Shown: positions 1 through 12,654 of the stretch, piece by piece
How positions within the stretch are numbered: the first letter of the stretch is position 1
Layout of the letters: every line of letters starts with the position of its first letter
Origin: Blasia pusilla
Taxonomy: Eukaryota
Direction: 5' to 3'
NCBI GenBank assembly: GCA_050084515.1
Contig: CM114271.1
Coordinates: 1,674,001 to 1,738,000 of the forward strand
Length of the DNA stretch: 64,000 nt
Notes under the pieces: model-generated
Databases searched by the model: none
What the model was told of the DNA's origin: nothing
The model's input: only the letters and a program-made list of their open reading frames with translations
Translations under genes and position numbers: made by a program

Positions 1-2322
1 GAGGCGCCCTACGTGCAGAGGGATACGTGACGAGCCAAAGGTGTCGTGAAGTGTTGGCATGTTGCAGAGGGGGTGGGCCAAGTGCTTCGACCCCCCTACT
101 TTCCCTCTTCTCCCCCCCCCCTCCCCCCCAAAATTCAAGGATTGGAGGTGCATAGGGCATCATGAAGAATTTGGTAGGAGTCACAGCTATATGATAGGAA
201 AGTGGTCAAGCAAGAATGTGGTTGGTCTAGGCTACCAGGTTGAGGGGCCAAATATGGTTAAGTCGAGTTATGTAGTGGAAGAGAGTTTTTGGGACTTGGT
301 GTTTTGCAAGCGTGGATGGGATTCACGATGGAAGTTTGTTAGTCATTGCGAGTTGATTGGATGCCAACTCAATAGTACTTCACCAATTGTGGGCGTTAGG
401 ATTGTGATGCACATGCATCCATATCGACTGGTAGTCCGCATCCACTTATGCGAGGGTTGACGTGTTGTTTGGAAAAAATTTTGTATCGTGGAGATTGTTG
501 CGCTATACGGAGCATTCAGTGTTGATCATGCACTAAAGAGCTAGAGGCCATGTTCATGTTATCCATTTGAGTCCCTTTTCTTGCACCTGTCTCGTATCAT
601 TGAGGGTGTTGGGTATCGAAAAAGATCGGGTGCTAGATGGGTGTAGTGATGGTGACGAGTATACAATTCTTGTATGTATAGCATATTTATGGATATAGGG
701 CAATTTTCTTAGTAGGGGTTGCATGTATGACCTTAGAGAGAGTGCCTGTAGCTTAGGTGAGCTAGTTCGAGAGGTTCAAGATGAACCCCAGTGGTGAGTG
801 TGTGTGAGGCCGGATGCGTCATCACGAGATTAGCATTAAGATAGATGAGCTAGTTAGGAGTGTGGGAGACTCTTGGTGAGTCTGAGTGCTTGAGTGTGTG
901 AAGCAAGATTGTCATCACGGTGTCATATAGTAAAATCATGTACTATGTAAAATCCTCTCTTATTAACTATTAGAGAGATTAGAGAGATTAAATTAGCTTA
1001 GAAAAACATAATTCTCATGTTTATGGTCTCTCATTTGTGCAGGCCCAACTTTAAGAAAAAAGGTAATAAATGAAATATGGGAGTATAAAAAGTAAAGTAG
1101 TTAGGTTGGTCTATTAATGAAAGAAAAGTAAAAGTAGTCTTTGGTGGTGGCTAGGGTAGTTGGGATAGTTTGGAGGATATGAAGTGAGTTGATGAGGATA
1201 TTTTGGAGGAGATAATATGTAATTTACTTGTGTCAAAATGGGACTAGCTAAACCTTAAGAGGAAGCCATGTAGCACAAGATAAGATTAGTCCTATAAACA
1301 ATTTATGACACTCATAAATTGTTTATAATAAATGTTACCTTACATGCACAGAATTTGTGCTTCATGAGCGGCCAAGCTTGCAACTAATCCTACAATAAGC
1401 CTTATTTATCTTGCATCTACCCTATAATTCCACATGCGAGTACTTCTGGTTTTAGTAGATTGATTTCTCTTAAACGTGAATCGTATTAGTTATTTGTGTA
1501 CGCGGAAACGTCAAAAAGCATAAGAACCAGGTTGCTACAATTTTGTAAGTTGAATAAGCATCTTTATGTTGTTGCAATACTATAACTTGAATGAACATTT
1601 TTGTATGGAAAATTGAATCTTGCTCCCTAACATGAACTTTGTCTTATGTTGTCATGCAGAAATATCAAGGTCAATATTTAGAATGATCAAAATTGTAGGA
1701 CAACTGAGAAATTTGCAAAAGGCAAGAAGTTAGTTAAAAAGGATATTCTTATGTGTTATTCATCAAAGAAATATTACGCAGTGAAATCTCCCAATGTAAC
1801 TCCTATGAGAAGACCCAATAAATGGACTTCATAACTTAAGTATGTTGGGCCAACAAGCCTAGAGTATGGTGGACCAACGAGCAAAGTGGCACGATAAAAC
1901 ATCTCTAAGTCTAGAACATAGAAGTTGCCAAAGAGAATCCAATTTAAACGGTCCTAGAGTTTGGTGGAGTAGGAAGCAAAGGGATACAGTATACAACCCC
2001 AAGTCTAAAGCATAGAAGTTACGAGACAAAATAAGGATTCGAAAAGTACCCACACACCATGGAGTCTCTGATAGCACCAAGAAAAAAGTGGCAATAATAG
2101 AATATTGTATCAAACTTGGAGATGGAACACTCTAGTACTCCATTCAAAAATCAATTTCTTTAAGTCCCTCAGAAGAATCATGTACAAGACTCAGAAAGAT
2201 AACTCTAGAGTTGCTACCTTCAAGTGCTTGCAAGGTTGCATGAAAATAGACTTGTTTGTCTAGGGGATGGACATGTCAAATAAGTTTTCCTTCCATGTTT
2301 TTCTGGTACTCATCCCCGAGCT

Positions 2323-2944
2323 TGTGACGCAAAAATAGGTACAAGATTGGATTAATTAAGTGTCGTGCGTCTACTCTCCTTGAATGTTAATCTTGTTGTT
2401 GCGGAAGCGTGCGTTCAGTAGATCACGCTCTCAACGCTGATCTGCATCCAAACACACACTCTGGTTAGTCGGGTCTTGGATCAATCAGCGGGCTAACTTT
2501 CCAAGTTCTCGTCTCGGTCTCTCATCAAGCTCAACTTTCCTTGTTTCACGGTTTACAACACAAGCAAGTCTTGAAAGACTTGGGACATACTTTCTAGTCG
2601 GTTTAGGAATCTCAAATGGCGTTTCGTGCTTGGCGGTTCCAAGTGTCCGATGGACATCCAATGAGTCCCTAACCGAGACTCGCACAAAGTGAATCTCGGG
2701 TGGGAAGATCCAAGTGTGGTGTACAAAGTCTACTCCCTTGGATTAAGTTTGGCTGTCAATTTCCAACGCCAAACTCCCGTTCCATCCCATGCCTCTGAGA
2801 CGCCGCTTGGTGCTCAAAGTGGGGATTCGTGTTCCAAGACATCTTGGAGAGACTCCTCCCTTACAAGTACTTCTGGGGATCTCCGGGTTCCCTACATGTA
2901 GGGAAATACATCCGAGCCTCTCCAATTGGCCCTCAACTCTCACA
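2323..2944. repeat. Candidate LTR (unpaired) abutting the truncated 5' end of the Copia remnant
   Basis: Begins TGTGA and ends TCACA (terminal inverted 5-mer) and has no credible ORF. No TSD and no second copy in the window. Confidence 0.3.
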
Positions 2945-2974
2945 ATCATTTTCGGCCAATATCTCAATCTGTAC

Positions 2975-5900
2975 TTAATCTCACAAGCTAATTGGTTTAG
3001 TAATTTGGGACTGGTGAAAGATCCTAAAATTGTGCTCACAGGAGATGACACTCAACATTATATCATGTATACCGGTAAAGTTCCAATAACATCATATGGT
3101 CTTTGTGCTCTTGGAAATGTTCACTATGTTCCTATCATTGCAAGAAATCTTATCTCTGCAGGACAGATAGTAGAACACGGTTATCAAGTGAAGTTTAACG
3201 CAGATGGTTGCTTCATTGAAATAATAGATGACCAGACTACGATAACCTAAGGAACTAGATCTGACAGAATGTTAAAATTAGATGTTTCTATGCTAGAGAT
3301 TCAAACATCAATGTATGGTCAAATCGGCCAACAAGTCACAGATCTAAATATGTGGCATAAAAGAATTGGATATATGAATCTTCAAAGATTACAAAGTCTT
3401 TCATCATCTAATATAGTATTAGGACTCCCTAAATTAGCGAGTCCTGCCACATTATACGTATATCCTTCTTGCCAATTTGGAAAACAACCTAGATTTCTTT
3501 TTCCAAAACAAGGTAGAAGAGCATCCAAACTATTAGAGTTCATCCATATTAATGTATGGAAAACATCACAACATAGCCTTAGTGGTTGCCACTACTTTGT
3601 TTCATTTATTGATGAATTCTCTAGGTATATATGGGTATACTTTCTGAAAGTCAAGTTAGAAATATTCTTAGTGTTCCAAACATTCAGAGTTCTAGTAGAG
3701 AAGCAGACTAGAGAACACATTCTGAAATTGCGTTGTGATGGAGGAGGAGAGTATCTTTCAAGAGAGTTTGATGATGATATTTACGTTAGAATGACATCCA
3801 ACATCAAATGACTTGTCGTTACACTCCACAACAAAATGGAGTTGCTGAGAGGAAGAATCAACATATTGCTGAAGCAGCTCGAGCTATGATGAATGAGAAG
3901 AATATGCCTAAGGTGTATTGGGCAGAGGCTATAGCATATGCAGTCTTCTTAATCAACCAAACTCCAACAGCAAGAGTTCATGATAAAACTTCATTTGAAG
4001 TCTTCACAGGAAGTAAACCTCATTTTTCCTTCTTGAAAGTATTTGGATGTATTTGTTATGCTCATGTTCCTTTTGAGAGACGTCAGAAATTAGTTCCCAA
4101 GTCTAAAAGATGTATTTTCATTGGTTATGTTGATGGAACTAAGGGATATAAATGCTACATTCTATCCTCTAGGCAGCTTACTATTAGTCGCGATGTTATC
4201 TTTGATGAGCTAAAATCATGGTATGCTCCATCTGAGCCTATTCCACCTCTAAACTCGTCTGTTGAGGGGAAGAATATGACTGTAAACCAACAGACATTGT
4301 CTTCAACTTCCCAAAGTACTAGTGCAGGATTAGGAGAGGTCCTAGATTCATCAGTTAAATCTTTGAGTCTATGGACGGGAAGATTACGTATTCAGTCTGT
4401 TGACACTAGTCAGAGCTCGAGTTAGGTGTCAGAGGCATCTATCTCTGAACAACAACTTCCTAGATCAAGTAGAGTTATACATCCAGTTCATAGATTCATA
4501 AATGAAGGTTTCCTTGCAGAAAATCATGCAAATATGATGACTACCATTCAAGAACAAGAGCCGAGTTATTTTGAAGAAGCCGCAAGTAAAGTTGAATGGA
4601 TTGAAGCTGTGGAGGAAGAGCTTGCTGCATTAAGACATCAACAAACATGGGAGATAGTTGATATACCTTTCGGTAAGGAAGCTATTGGTTGCAAATGGGT
4701 TTACAAAATCAACCGCGATCAAGATGATACAATTAACATATACAAAGAGAGATTGGTGACTAAGGACTATGCACAACAATATGGCATCGATTATGAAGAA
4801 ACATTTAGCCCTATTGCAAAAATGACGACTACGAGAACAGTAGTTGCAATTGCAGTAAGTAAGAAGTAGAGATTACATCACATGGACGTCAAGAATTCCT
4901 CCTTGCATGGAGATCTATACGAGGAGGTATACATGACTCAACCACCTGGATACGAGCATCCCAAGTTTCCATTTTGCGTATGCAGGTTGAAGAAAGCTCT
5001 ATACGGGCTTAAACAAGCTCCAAGAGCTTGGTATGGCAAGATGACATACGTCCTACAAGAGTTGGATTTTAGGGTATGTGATTTTGATTCCTCGTTATAT
5101 GTCTTGAGAGGACAAGATCATACGATTCTCATTGTGTTGTATGTTGACGATCTTCTGATATTGGGAGTATTGAAGAAATGGTACAACAAGTCAAGCTTAA
5201 GTTACAAGCAGAATTTGATATGAAGGACTTGGGAGAACTCAAGTACTTCCTTGGTATTGAGTTTATCAAGGTTGGAGAGAGCATGTGGTTACTACAACGA
5301 TAATATGCTCTTCATATGCTTTCAAAATATGATATGACGGCTTGTAAGCCAATCTCCACACCGTTGGACTAGAGTGTGAAGCTAAGAGTGGATGAAGGAG
5401 AGTTGCTTGCAGATTCTAATATGTACATGTGCATGGTTGGAAGATTGATCTATCTAACTATAACCATACCAAATTTGAGCTATGCTGTTGGCCTAGTGAG
5501 CTAGTTTATGCAAGCACCTCATCTTAATCCTGTGAGGAGGATTATGCGGTATGTGAAATTATCTATTCAATTTGGGCTTCAATTTGAACCTTGTGCGAGT
5601 TTTCAATTACAGGGATTTATAGATGCTGATTGGGCAAGAAGCGTGTCTGATCGACATTTCACATCTGGTTATTCATTTACTTTGGGAAGCGTAGTTATAA
5701 GTTGGGCTTCAAAGAAGCAACCTACAGTTGCTTTATCTTCAACAGAGGCTGAGTACATAGGACCAACCAATTCAGCATGTGAGACAGTGTGGCATCATCG
5801 ATTACTTATTGAGATTGATGTTAATAACTTAGGACCTAGTATAGTATATGCATAAAATATTAGTAGCATCAAGCATGCTAATAACCCTTTGTTTCATGCT

Positions 5901-6087
5901 CGTACAAAACATGTTGAGGTGCACTATCATTTTATCAGAGAGAAAATGCTTGTAGGAGAATTTGATCTTTGATAGGTGCAGATCAGCAAATTGTTGACAT
6001 CTTTACAAAGGTATTTTCTAGAGATAAGTTTGAGATGTTTAGAAATGATTTAGGCGTTAGAGATATCGATATGAGCTTGAAGGGGAG
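2975..6087 (+). mobile_element. Degenerate Ty1/Copia retrotransposon pol (protease tail, integrase, RT, RNase H); gag missing
   Basis: ORF fragments in Copia order: NVHYVPIIARNLISAGQ, WHKRIGY...CQFGKQ, integrase LRCDGGGEY / TPQQNGVAERKN, RT GCKWVYK / LYGLKQAPRAWY / LYVDDLLI, RNase H DADWA...SWASKKQPTVALSSTEAEY and HARTKHVEVHYHFIRE. Many stops and frameshifts. Confidence 0.95.
6079..6087 (+). other. Polypurine tract of the Copia element; 3' LTR presumably starts at about 6088
   Basis: ttGAAGGGGAG directly after the RNase H end, followed by TATTGAAG (likely a mutated TGTTG LTR start). The LTR right end is not resolved. Confidence 0.65.
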
Positions 6088-9000
6088 TATTGAAGATTGA
6101 GTTACAGTCAAGCTCAAGAGACACCTCAACTGCTACATTTGGTACTCACACAAAGTAGGGAAGCTTAATCTTGGTTAGTCAGTAAAGCGCGATTATCTTA
6201 ACTACGATTAGTTAATCGTAGTTAGTATAACTCGAGACTATGGTTAAGGTGAGGATTAGGATTGCTTGTACATATCTTATATAATTGAGAAGGGGACCAG
6301 CCTCCACTCATTCCCTTTTTTGCAAATTTTTTTCTCCATGGTGGTGTGAGAGCCGTTTCTCACCAGTTATGCTTCTTTAGCAGTTTTCCACACGGGCAAG
6401 GTAGGTACGAGAACTTGAGCCCATACAGACATGTCTATCATAGGGACGGACATAAGTCCACGGACACGGCCTTTCTCCATGTGCAACCTTGTTCAAGTGG
6501 TTCCAACTTATGCTAAAATAATTGGACCTTTCTCTGACTCATAGTACTACCCATTTCCTTTAGAACCCCCTCTCTTTGAAAGAAAATTCCCCCCTCTTGT
6601 GTCTACAAAGATTGAGAGAAAGAGATTGAAGAGGCTTAAGTTTGACTATTAAGCGTCTCCTCAACTACCGATTAGGCATGAGATATTACAACAAGTGTTC
6701 AAATGTAGTCCAAATGTAGTAATTGGTGGTGCATAAAATGAGGATTCTACAAAATATTCACAATAGAGTTATGAAGCATATGACACCTTCCAAAATTCCA
6801 TAAATCTGTCACGTTGAATAGTTCATGCGTAGCATTCTCTTGTGATGTGTCTTAAAAAATTCTTTTATAACGTAAATAGAAAATTCCTCCAATCTATATC
6901 CATATGGCTTCCCAAAATCTATCATAAAGGTAAGAGACAATGTCTCCCCTAGACAGTCCCATTGTCCTTACCATGGAATGTGCTTGCTCACTTTGTCTCT
7001 CCATACTCTCGGATCTCCACGTTCAATTATTCTCTAAGCATATACGATCCTCTCAAATTTTCCCATCCTCTCTTTGTAATGAGCTATATATGCACAAGGC
7101 ATGCAAAGACCTCTAGTGACGGAAAAGTCCACCATAAAGATACGGATCACTCCACAAAAAATGATGGCATGATAGAAAACAAGAGGTTCGATTGTAATTT
7201 GCATTGTAGATTAAACGAGAGCAATTCAAGGACGGAAGCATAAAGTGCAAAGTTCAAAGAGCCAACATAAGAGTGCCATTTTGAACTCATGGCCACGAAA
7301 TTGGCAACCAAAGTCAACACTTTTTCTTGAGCGCACTCACGGGAGAGAAGAATAAGCAAAGTCTGAAAATAAGATCAAGTCAGTAGGTCTCAAGATCTTG
7401 ATCTATGGGAATCCTAAGAAGGTGTTGCTACAAGGAAGCCACACCTCAAGAAGAAGATTGAGCGCCAAGAAAGCCACATTGATTGAGCAATAGTCTAAGA
7501 GAGCAAGAGGAAAGCGGAAGAAAAAATTTTGAAAGTGCAAAAACGGCAATGAAGAAGCAACTCATTGTGATTATAGTAGGAGAAGTGCAAGTTCAATCGC
7601 CAAAAGGCCATCCATTTATCCAACAACGTAAGAATGTGCTTAAACAGCGCTAGGTCTCTGCTTGCTACCAATGTACCATGTAGATTGAGAGGTAACAAGG
7701 AGGATAGGGCATGAGAATCAATGTTAAGTTGTGGAGTCGTGGGAGGAGTACTTAGGGCGGAAGCAACAATTGGAGGAGAAGTAGCCGTTAAAGAAAACCC
7801 TAAATTCAATGGTGAAATCCACAAAAGTAGATTCGAATGGCCAAATCTGACCGCGAAGAAGAGGCAGGAGGCAAACTAAGAATAATGGTTGCGCTTCTTT
7901 AAATAGGATCCCCATGGGAAGGAAACATAAGCCTCCGCACTAACTTTTGTAGCACCCACAGAGACCGCTTTGAGCGGCTCTATTGCCTCATGCTAACCCA
8001 TGATAGGAGGCCATGTCATTTACCCTAAAATAATAATGCACCTCCTACTCTCGAGATGTGTCTTTTGGGGCTCGAAGGTTTTGCCACGTGGAACCACTTA
8101 GCTATTTTCTAAAATTCTTTCAATTCTTTTCAAATAGTTATTCCAAAATACTTCCACTTGCCAAACCTAAACCCGACCATGATATCACATAAATTGCCCC
8201 ATTAAAGACATCCTCCATGTATATGACACTGAATTTTGATTATTTCCACTTTCCATGCCTTATTTTTTATGCCTTGCTCATGGATTTGATTTCACTTTTT
8301 ATCCAATAATTGCATCTCTTTAACTCATTTTGAATCAAAATGGCAAATTGAATTAATTTCAAGGATTTACTAAGTTCCTTTTATTTTATTTTTAGTGTGT
8401 CTTTTCTAGATAAAAACATTGAAGGGAAGTATTATAGGAATGGGAGACATGTCACTTCGAGACCTCACAAATTTTCCACTTACGTCTTTGACAAGAAAGA
8501 AATAAGAGACTTTACTGATTCAAAAATATCTAACGCAATTTCATGTTAAATAACTTGTATGTCACATATAGAGAAATTTGCATTTCAAACTATAACTTCA
8601 TTTGTCTACCTACCTCTAACAAGATATAACATGTTTTGTAGACTTCCTATTCCATCAAATCTTAAGAATGTATGAGATTTTAGGAAAGTGTTGCGGGGAG
8701 GCACAAAGATGAAAACATGTTGTTTGGGCAAAAAATACACAAGCAAAATGAAAGAATTCATCTTCCTCAAAAACTTTTACACTAACATATGCTCATATCT
8801 TGAACTTGTTCCAAGTTTTTTTTTCATTTTACTCTATCACGTAAGTCTTTTATAGTGGAACGATGGGTTTCCGTTTGTCGGTTCAATAGATTTTAGGGGT
8901 TGACTCCAATAGCTCATGCTTGACCTAATGGGGAGTAGGATAATATGCTAGAATAGGTTAGCCCCTTATTTGGGCCCATTTGGAGGTTATATAAGGAACT

Positions 9001-9112
9001 TGCCATTTCGGACAAGTTTCCCAACTATTTGAGTTTTGACTTTCTATTTGTGGAAAATGGTATTTGAACCACTATTGTAGGTTTAGGGTTAAGTATAGGA
9101 CATGCGTGCGCA

Positions 9113-10402
9113 TGTCACTAAGGGGAGGACTCAGGGAGAGAGGATAGACCTCAAGGAGAGTGAGCTTGGAAAACTCATTCTCTCATTGTTGAACGGCTTG
9201 AGCATGAGGCAACGAAGCTATGGTGCTCCTTGCCTTGTAAGTAATCTTATCCTTTCACTGTGAGAGTGGGTTTGGTTGAGAGAGAGAGAGAGAGAGAGAG
9301 CCATGAATCTCTTTATGTTTTGTGAGATTTTCATCTATTTTACAAGGAAAGAATGATTGAGATCCACAATACGATGGTTGTGGAGAGCAGGTTGTTGGTG
9401 TCTTCGTTGGTTTGCAAATTGGGGTATGTGTTCCTTGCTCAGGAACGTGTGGGAATTCTGTGAGGAGCACCAGATTGCTAATATTGGCGTTTGGATGGAG
9501 AAATTTGAGTGGGAAGGTGAGAGGGAGGGTTGTCAAAATTTTGATAAGAAATGGGGTGGGAGAGAGGAGCCATCATGGAGAGGCTTCTAGAAGTACGTTT
9601 GAGTGTGTTGGTTGTTGAGTTTTACAGATCAAGAGTTTTTGTGGAAAAAACAAGTGCAAAAGTGTTGCTGATTTTTTGTGAGATTTGGGGCCGCGGAATG
9701 GTTCATTAGTGCCGCCAGTTGTCGGTTCAAGTTCCAACACCAGTGTTAAGTTCTTGAGATCATGGTGCCCAAAGCTATGTTTGTTGTCTTTCAAAGTGCA
9801 TGTTTTTTTTTATGTGTGAGTGAGAAGACATCACCATTTCCATGTTTGAGTTAGGAATTACGAGATTGCTTCGTCAAAAGTTATTTGGGAGTTTTTTGAG
9901 TTAAAAAATTCCCTTTTTAGGTGTGGTTAAGTGAAAAGAAACCTATGTATGTTTTTGAGGTTGCTGAATGGCACTTTTTCTTTTGAAAATTAGCCTCAAA
10001 GTTTAGGATTTGTTGGGCAGATCATGGTTCGAAAGAGTATCGAGTTTGGTAAGACACACCCAAGCAAAACCTTGACTAGCTAGTCGCAAGACTAAGGAAG
10101 ATGATGAGTAAAGACATGCGTATGTCTCAAGACTAGTATTAAGAGATAAGCGGTGGAGCTGTTCGTGAGGATGTAGGATGAGGTAATAGAGATGGAAGAG
10201 CCTCGAGTTAAGTTCTTATTGAAAGACGAATAGTTTCGGAGTCAACAATAGTACTCAAAACTAACAAAAATGATTTGAGACTGATCATGAAATACGAAGA
10301 GAAGCAATACCAAACAAGAGATGCCAATCTATGAAAGCCATGAAATGCATAGACTATGGGGCAAGGTCCTAAGTGAGTTTGGGGAAGTCAAGAGGGGTGA
10401 CA
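9113..10402. repeat. Candidate LTR-like repeat containing a (GA)n tract at 9278-9300
   Basis: TGTCAC...GTGACA termini, non-coding, internal GA microsatellite. No TSD found. Confidence 0.3.
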
Positions 10403-10563
10403 GGTGCCATGAGACTCATCAAGTCATATATGGGGGTTCACCAGCTAAATGCAGGTTCGTGAGACAAAATCCATGTTTGGGTTGAGGCCCCGACTGAGGG
10501 AAGATGAAAGAGGCTTGGAAAAGGAGGGGTTCCCCAAGAGATCTTTAGAAGTACATGTAGGAG

Positions 10564-10566
<3 letters not shown>

Positions 10567-10618
<52 letters not shown>
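10567..10618. repeat. (CT)26 microsatellite
   Basis: Perfect dinucleotide run visible in the sequence. Confidence 0.97.
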
Positions 10619-10622
<4 letters not shown>

Positions 10623-12654
10623 TCCAATCTTGGAATCATGAGTTAACCACGTTTCATGTTTTCTCGTGTTTCATGTTGTCAGCTAAGGTACGATCGAAGG
10701 TACTTTGAGGGATTAGTCGCCATACTCAATCTTATGAGAGCAACATTATCGTTATGGTTTGAGTCTTCCTAAGGAGATGGGGCACACCTTGGGGGACTCG
10801 AACCCAATTAACGCTAGATGTCTTCATCAACTCAACGCATGAAATGCGCGACTAGTTGGGGTTTTGAAGACCCAAACCAAGTCTTCGGCTTGTAGGTCTC
10901 AAAGTCGGAACTCTTCATGGATCAAGTGAAGAGGAATAGAGGTCAGAATTTACGATGCACACACACATTGATTCCATTCCTTGGCACGGACCTAAGACAC
11001 TGGTGATGTTTGATAACATCCAAAACCCTTCTTAGGTCCTCCCAAGTCCTCTCAAACAAAATTCTTGGGCCTACAAACTAGCTATATTTCGTTCCCCATA
11101 ACTCAAGGAGCCCACAACACTTTATTGAGTTTGTGATTAGTTCTCCCACCTCTCCCTCCTCCTCACTACTCGTTGGAAAAATCTATACGGGGTGGTATTT
11201 ATAGCCCCTACTTGTATGCTTCGTTTTGTTTCCTGGTTGGGCAGGCTATCCAATGCATCACTTTAGTTTGTGTGATTTCTGCCTACCGTAGATTGAAGGC
11301 TTTGCACAAAGATCCGTGTAATAATATTTGTGTGACCTTAGGTTCGTGTGATTAATACCAGTAAGATTGGTGTGATTTTAAGTTCGTGTGATCCGTGTGT
11401 GACCTGAACAAGTCAACACCTGTGGCAACCAAAACTTCCGCTGCGACTCTACAACACTATGTCTGTCATAGATCGCAACTACGTGTATATGTATGTACAT
11501 GCTCCGCTTCGGCAACAGCCCGCTCGAAGCGGATTACAGCAAGGGGCCCGACGCACACAGTAATTTTCCGACCATCCATGGCCTCCCCCTATTCCCACCT
11601 TCAACCTTAATGGTAAACCGCCATATTACCATCCTTGAGGATCTTCCTCTTAAATTTAAAAACGAACCCCGTAATTTAAGAGGATCCTCAAGGTTTACTT
11701 GTTCAACTACGACACTGATAAATGAAATGGAAAGTGACGGCTTTTCGGATCTTTCATAGGATGAGACAACAAACACGAGCCAAGCATATCCTTCCAAGTA
11801 AGGGGGTGACACCGGGAGCTGCAGTCAACATCAACGGTCATGAGCTCCAACTACACGCAACGACCGGCAGAAGGCTGAGTCAGCGGACACTCACGAGCCG
11901 GTCTCCCGGCTCCCGCGCCAGTCCGCCTCCTTCCTTCCCAGTCCCTTTCTTCCTCCAGACCAAACAGCTTCCATGAGAGAGTATCGTTCGTCCGGGATAT
12001 GTAGAAATAATAATAATAATATTATATATGTCTACTCCGCTAAAAATAGTTTCCGGCTATTTTATTTTATTTTTATTCACTTTATTCTTCACTTCGTTCG
12101 GAGCTTCGTCGTTCTGGCGCGTCCTCCTCTTGGAGCCGTTCTCTCTCCCGCCCGCTTGCTGAGCGCGTTCTCGCCGGTTCAGAGTTTGCACTGCTGCACT
12201 TCGCTGCTGTTTGGTGGTTTGGGAAGCGGAATTGTTGTCGGTGGTTCGCCCGTACTCCTATAGTTTCGCATTCGCGAGGACGAGCGAGGGGATTGTTTGC
12301 TCGGGAAGTGGGAGGGGCGGGTTGGAAGCGAAAGAGGTAAGGAGGCGAGCACGGTTGGTAGAGCAATTGGCTGGAGGAAGAGAGGGAATTGGTTAGAAAT
12401 TGTGGATTGTGGAAGATCCGGAGGAGGAGGAGGAGGGGAGGGAGGAGGACGGGAGTGGAGGATCGGGAAAGGCAGTAGAGAAGGGGAGAAGTGGGAGGGA
12501 GAAGAGAAGGGATTGAATTCTCCGAGGAGGAGAGGAAGAGGGAGGAAATTGGTGTTCTTGAGGTTCGTCGGTGGTCGATAGAGCGTGCCGTCGTGGTTTG
12601 TGCGGACGCTGGAGGAATTTTATTGCTTCTGCGGCGCAGTGAGGATTGTGAAGG

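Noticed and set aside
6962-7915. Short hydrophobic ORFs
   Set aside because: No identifiable motifs; probably decayed repeat sequence.
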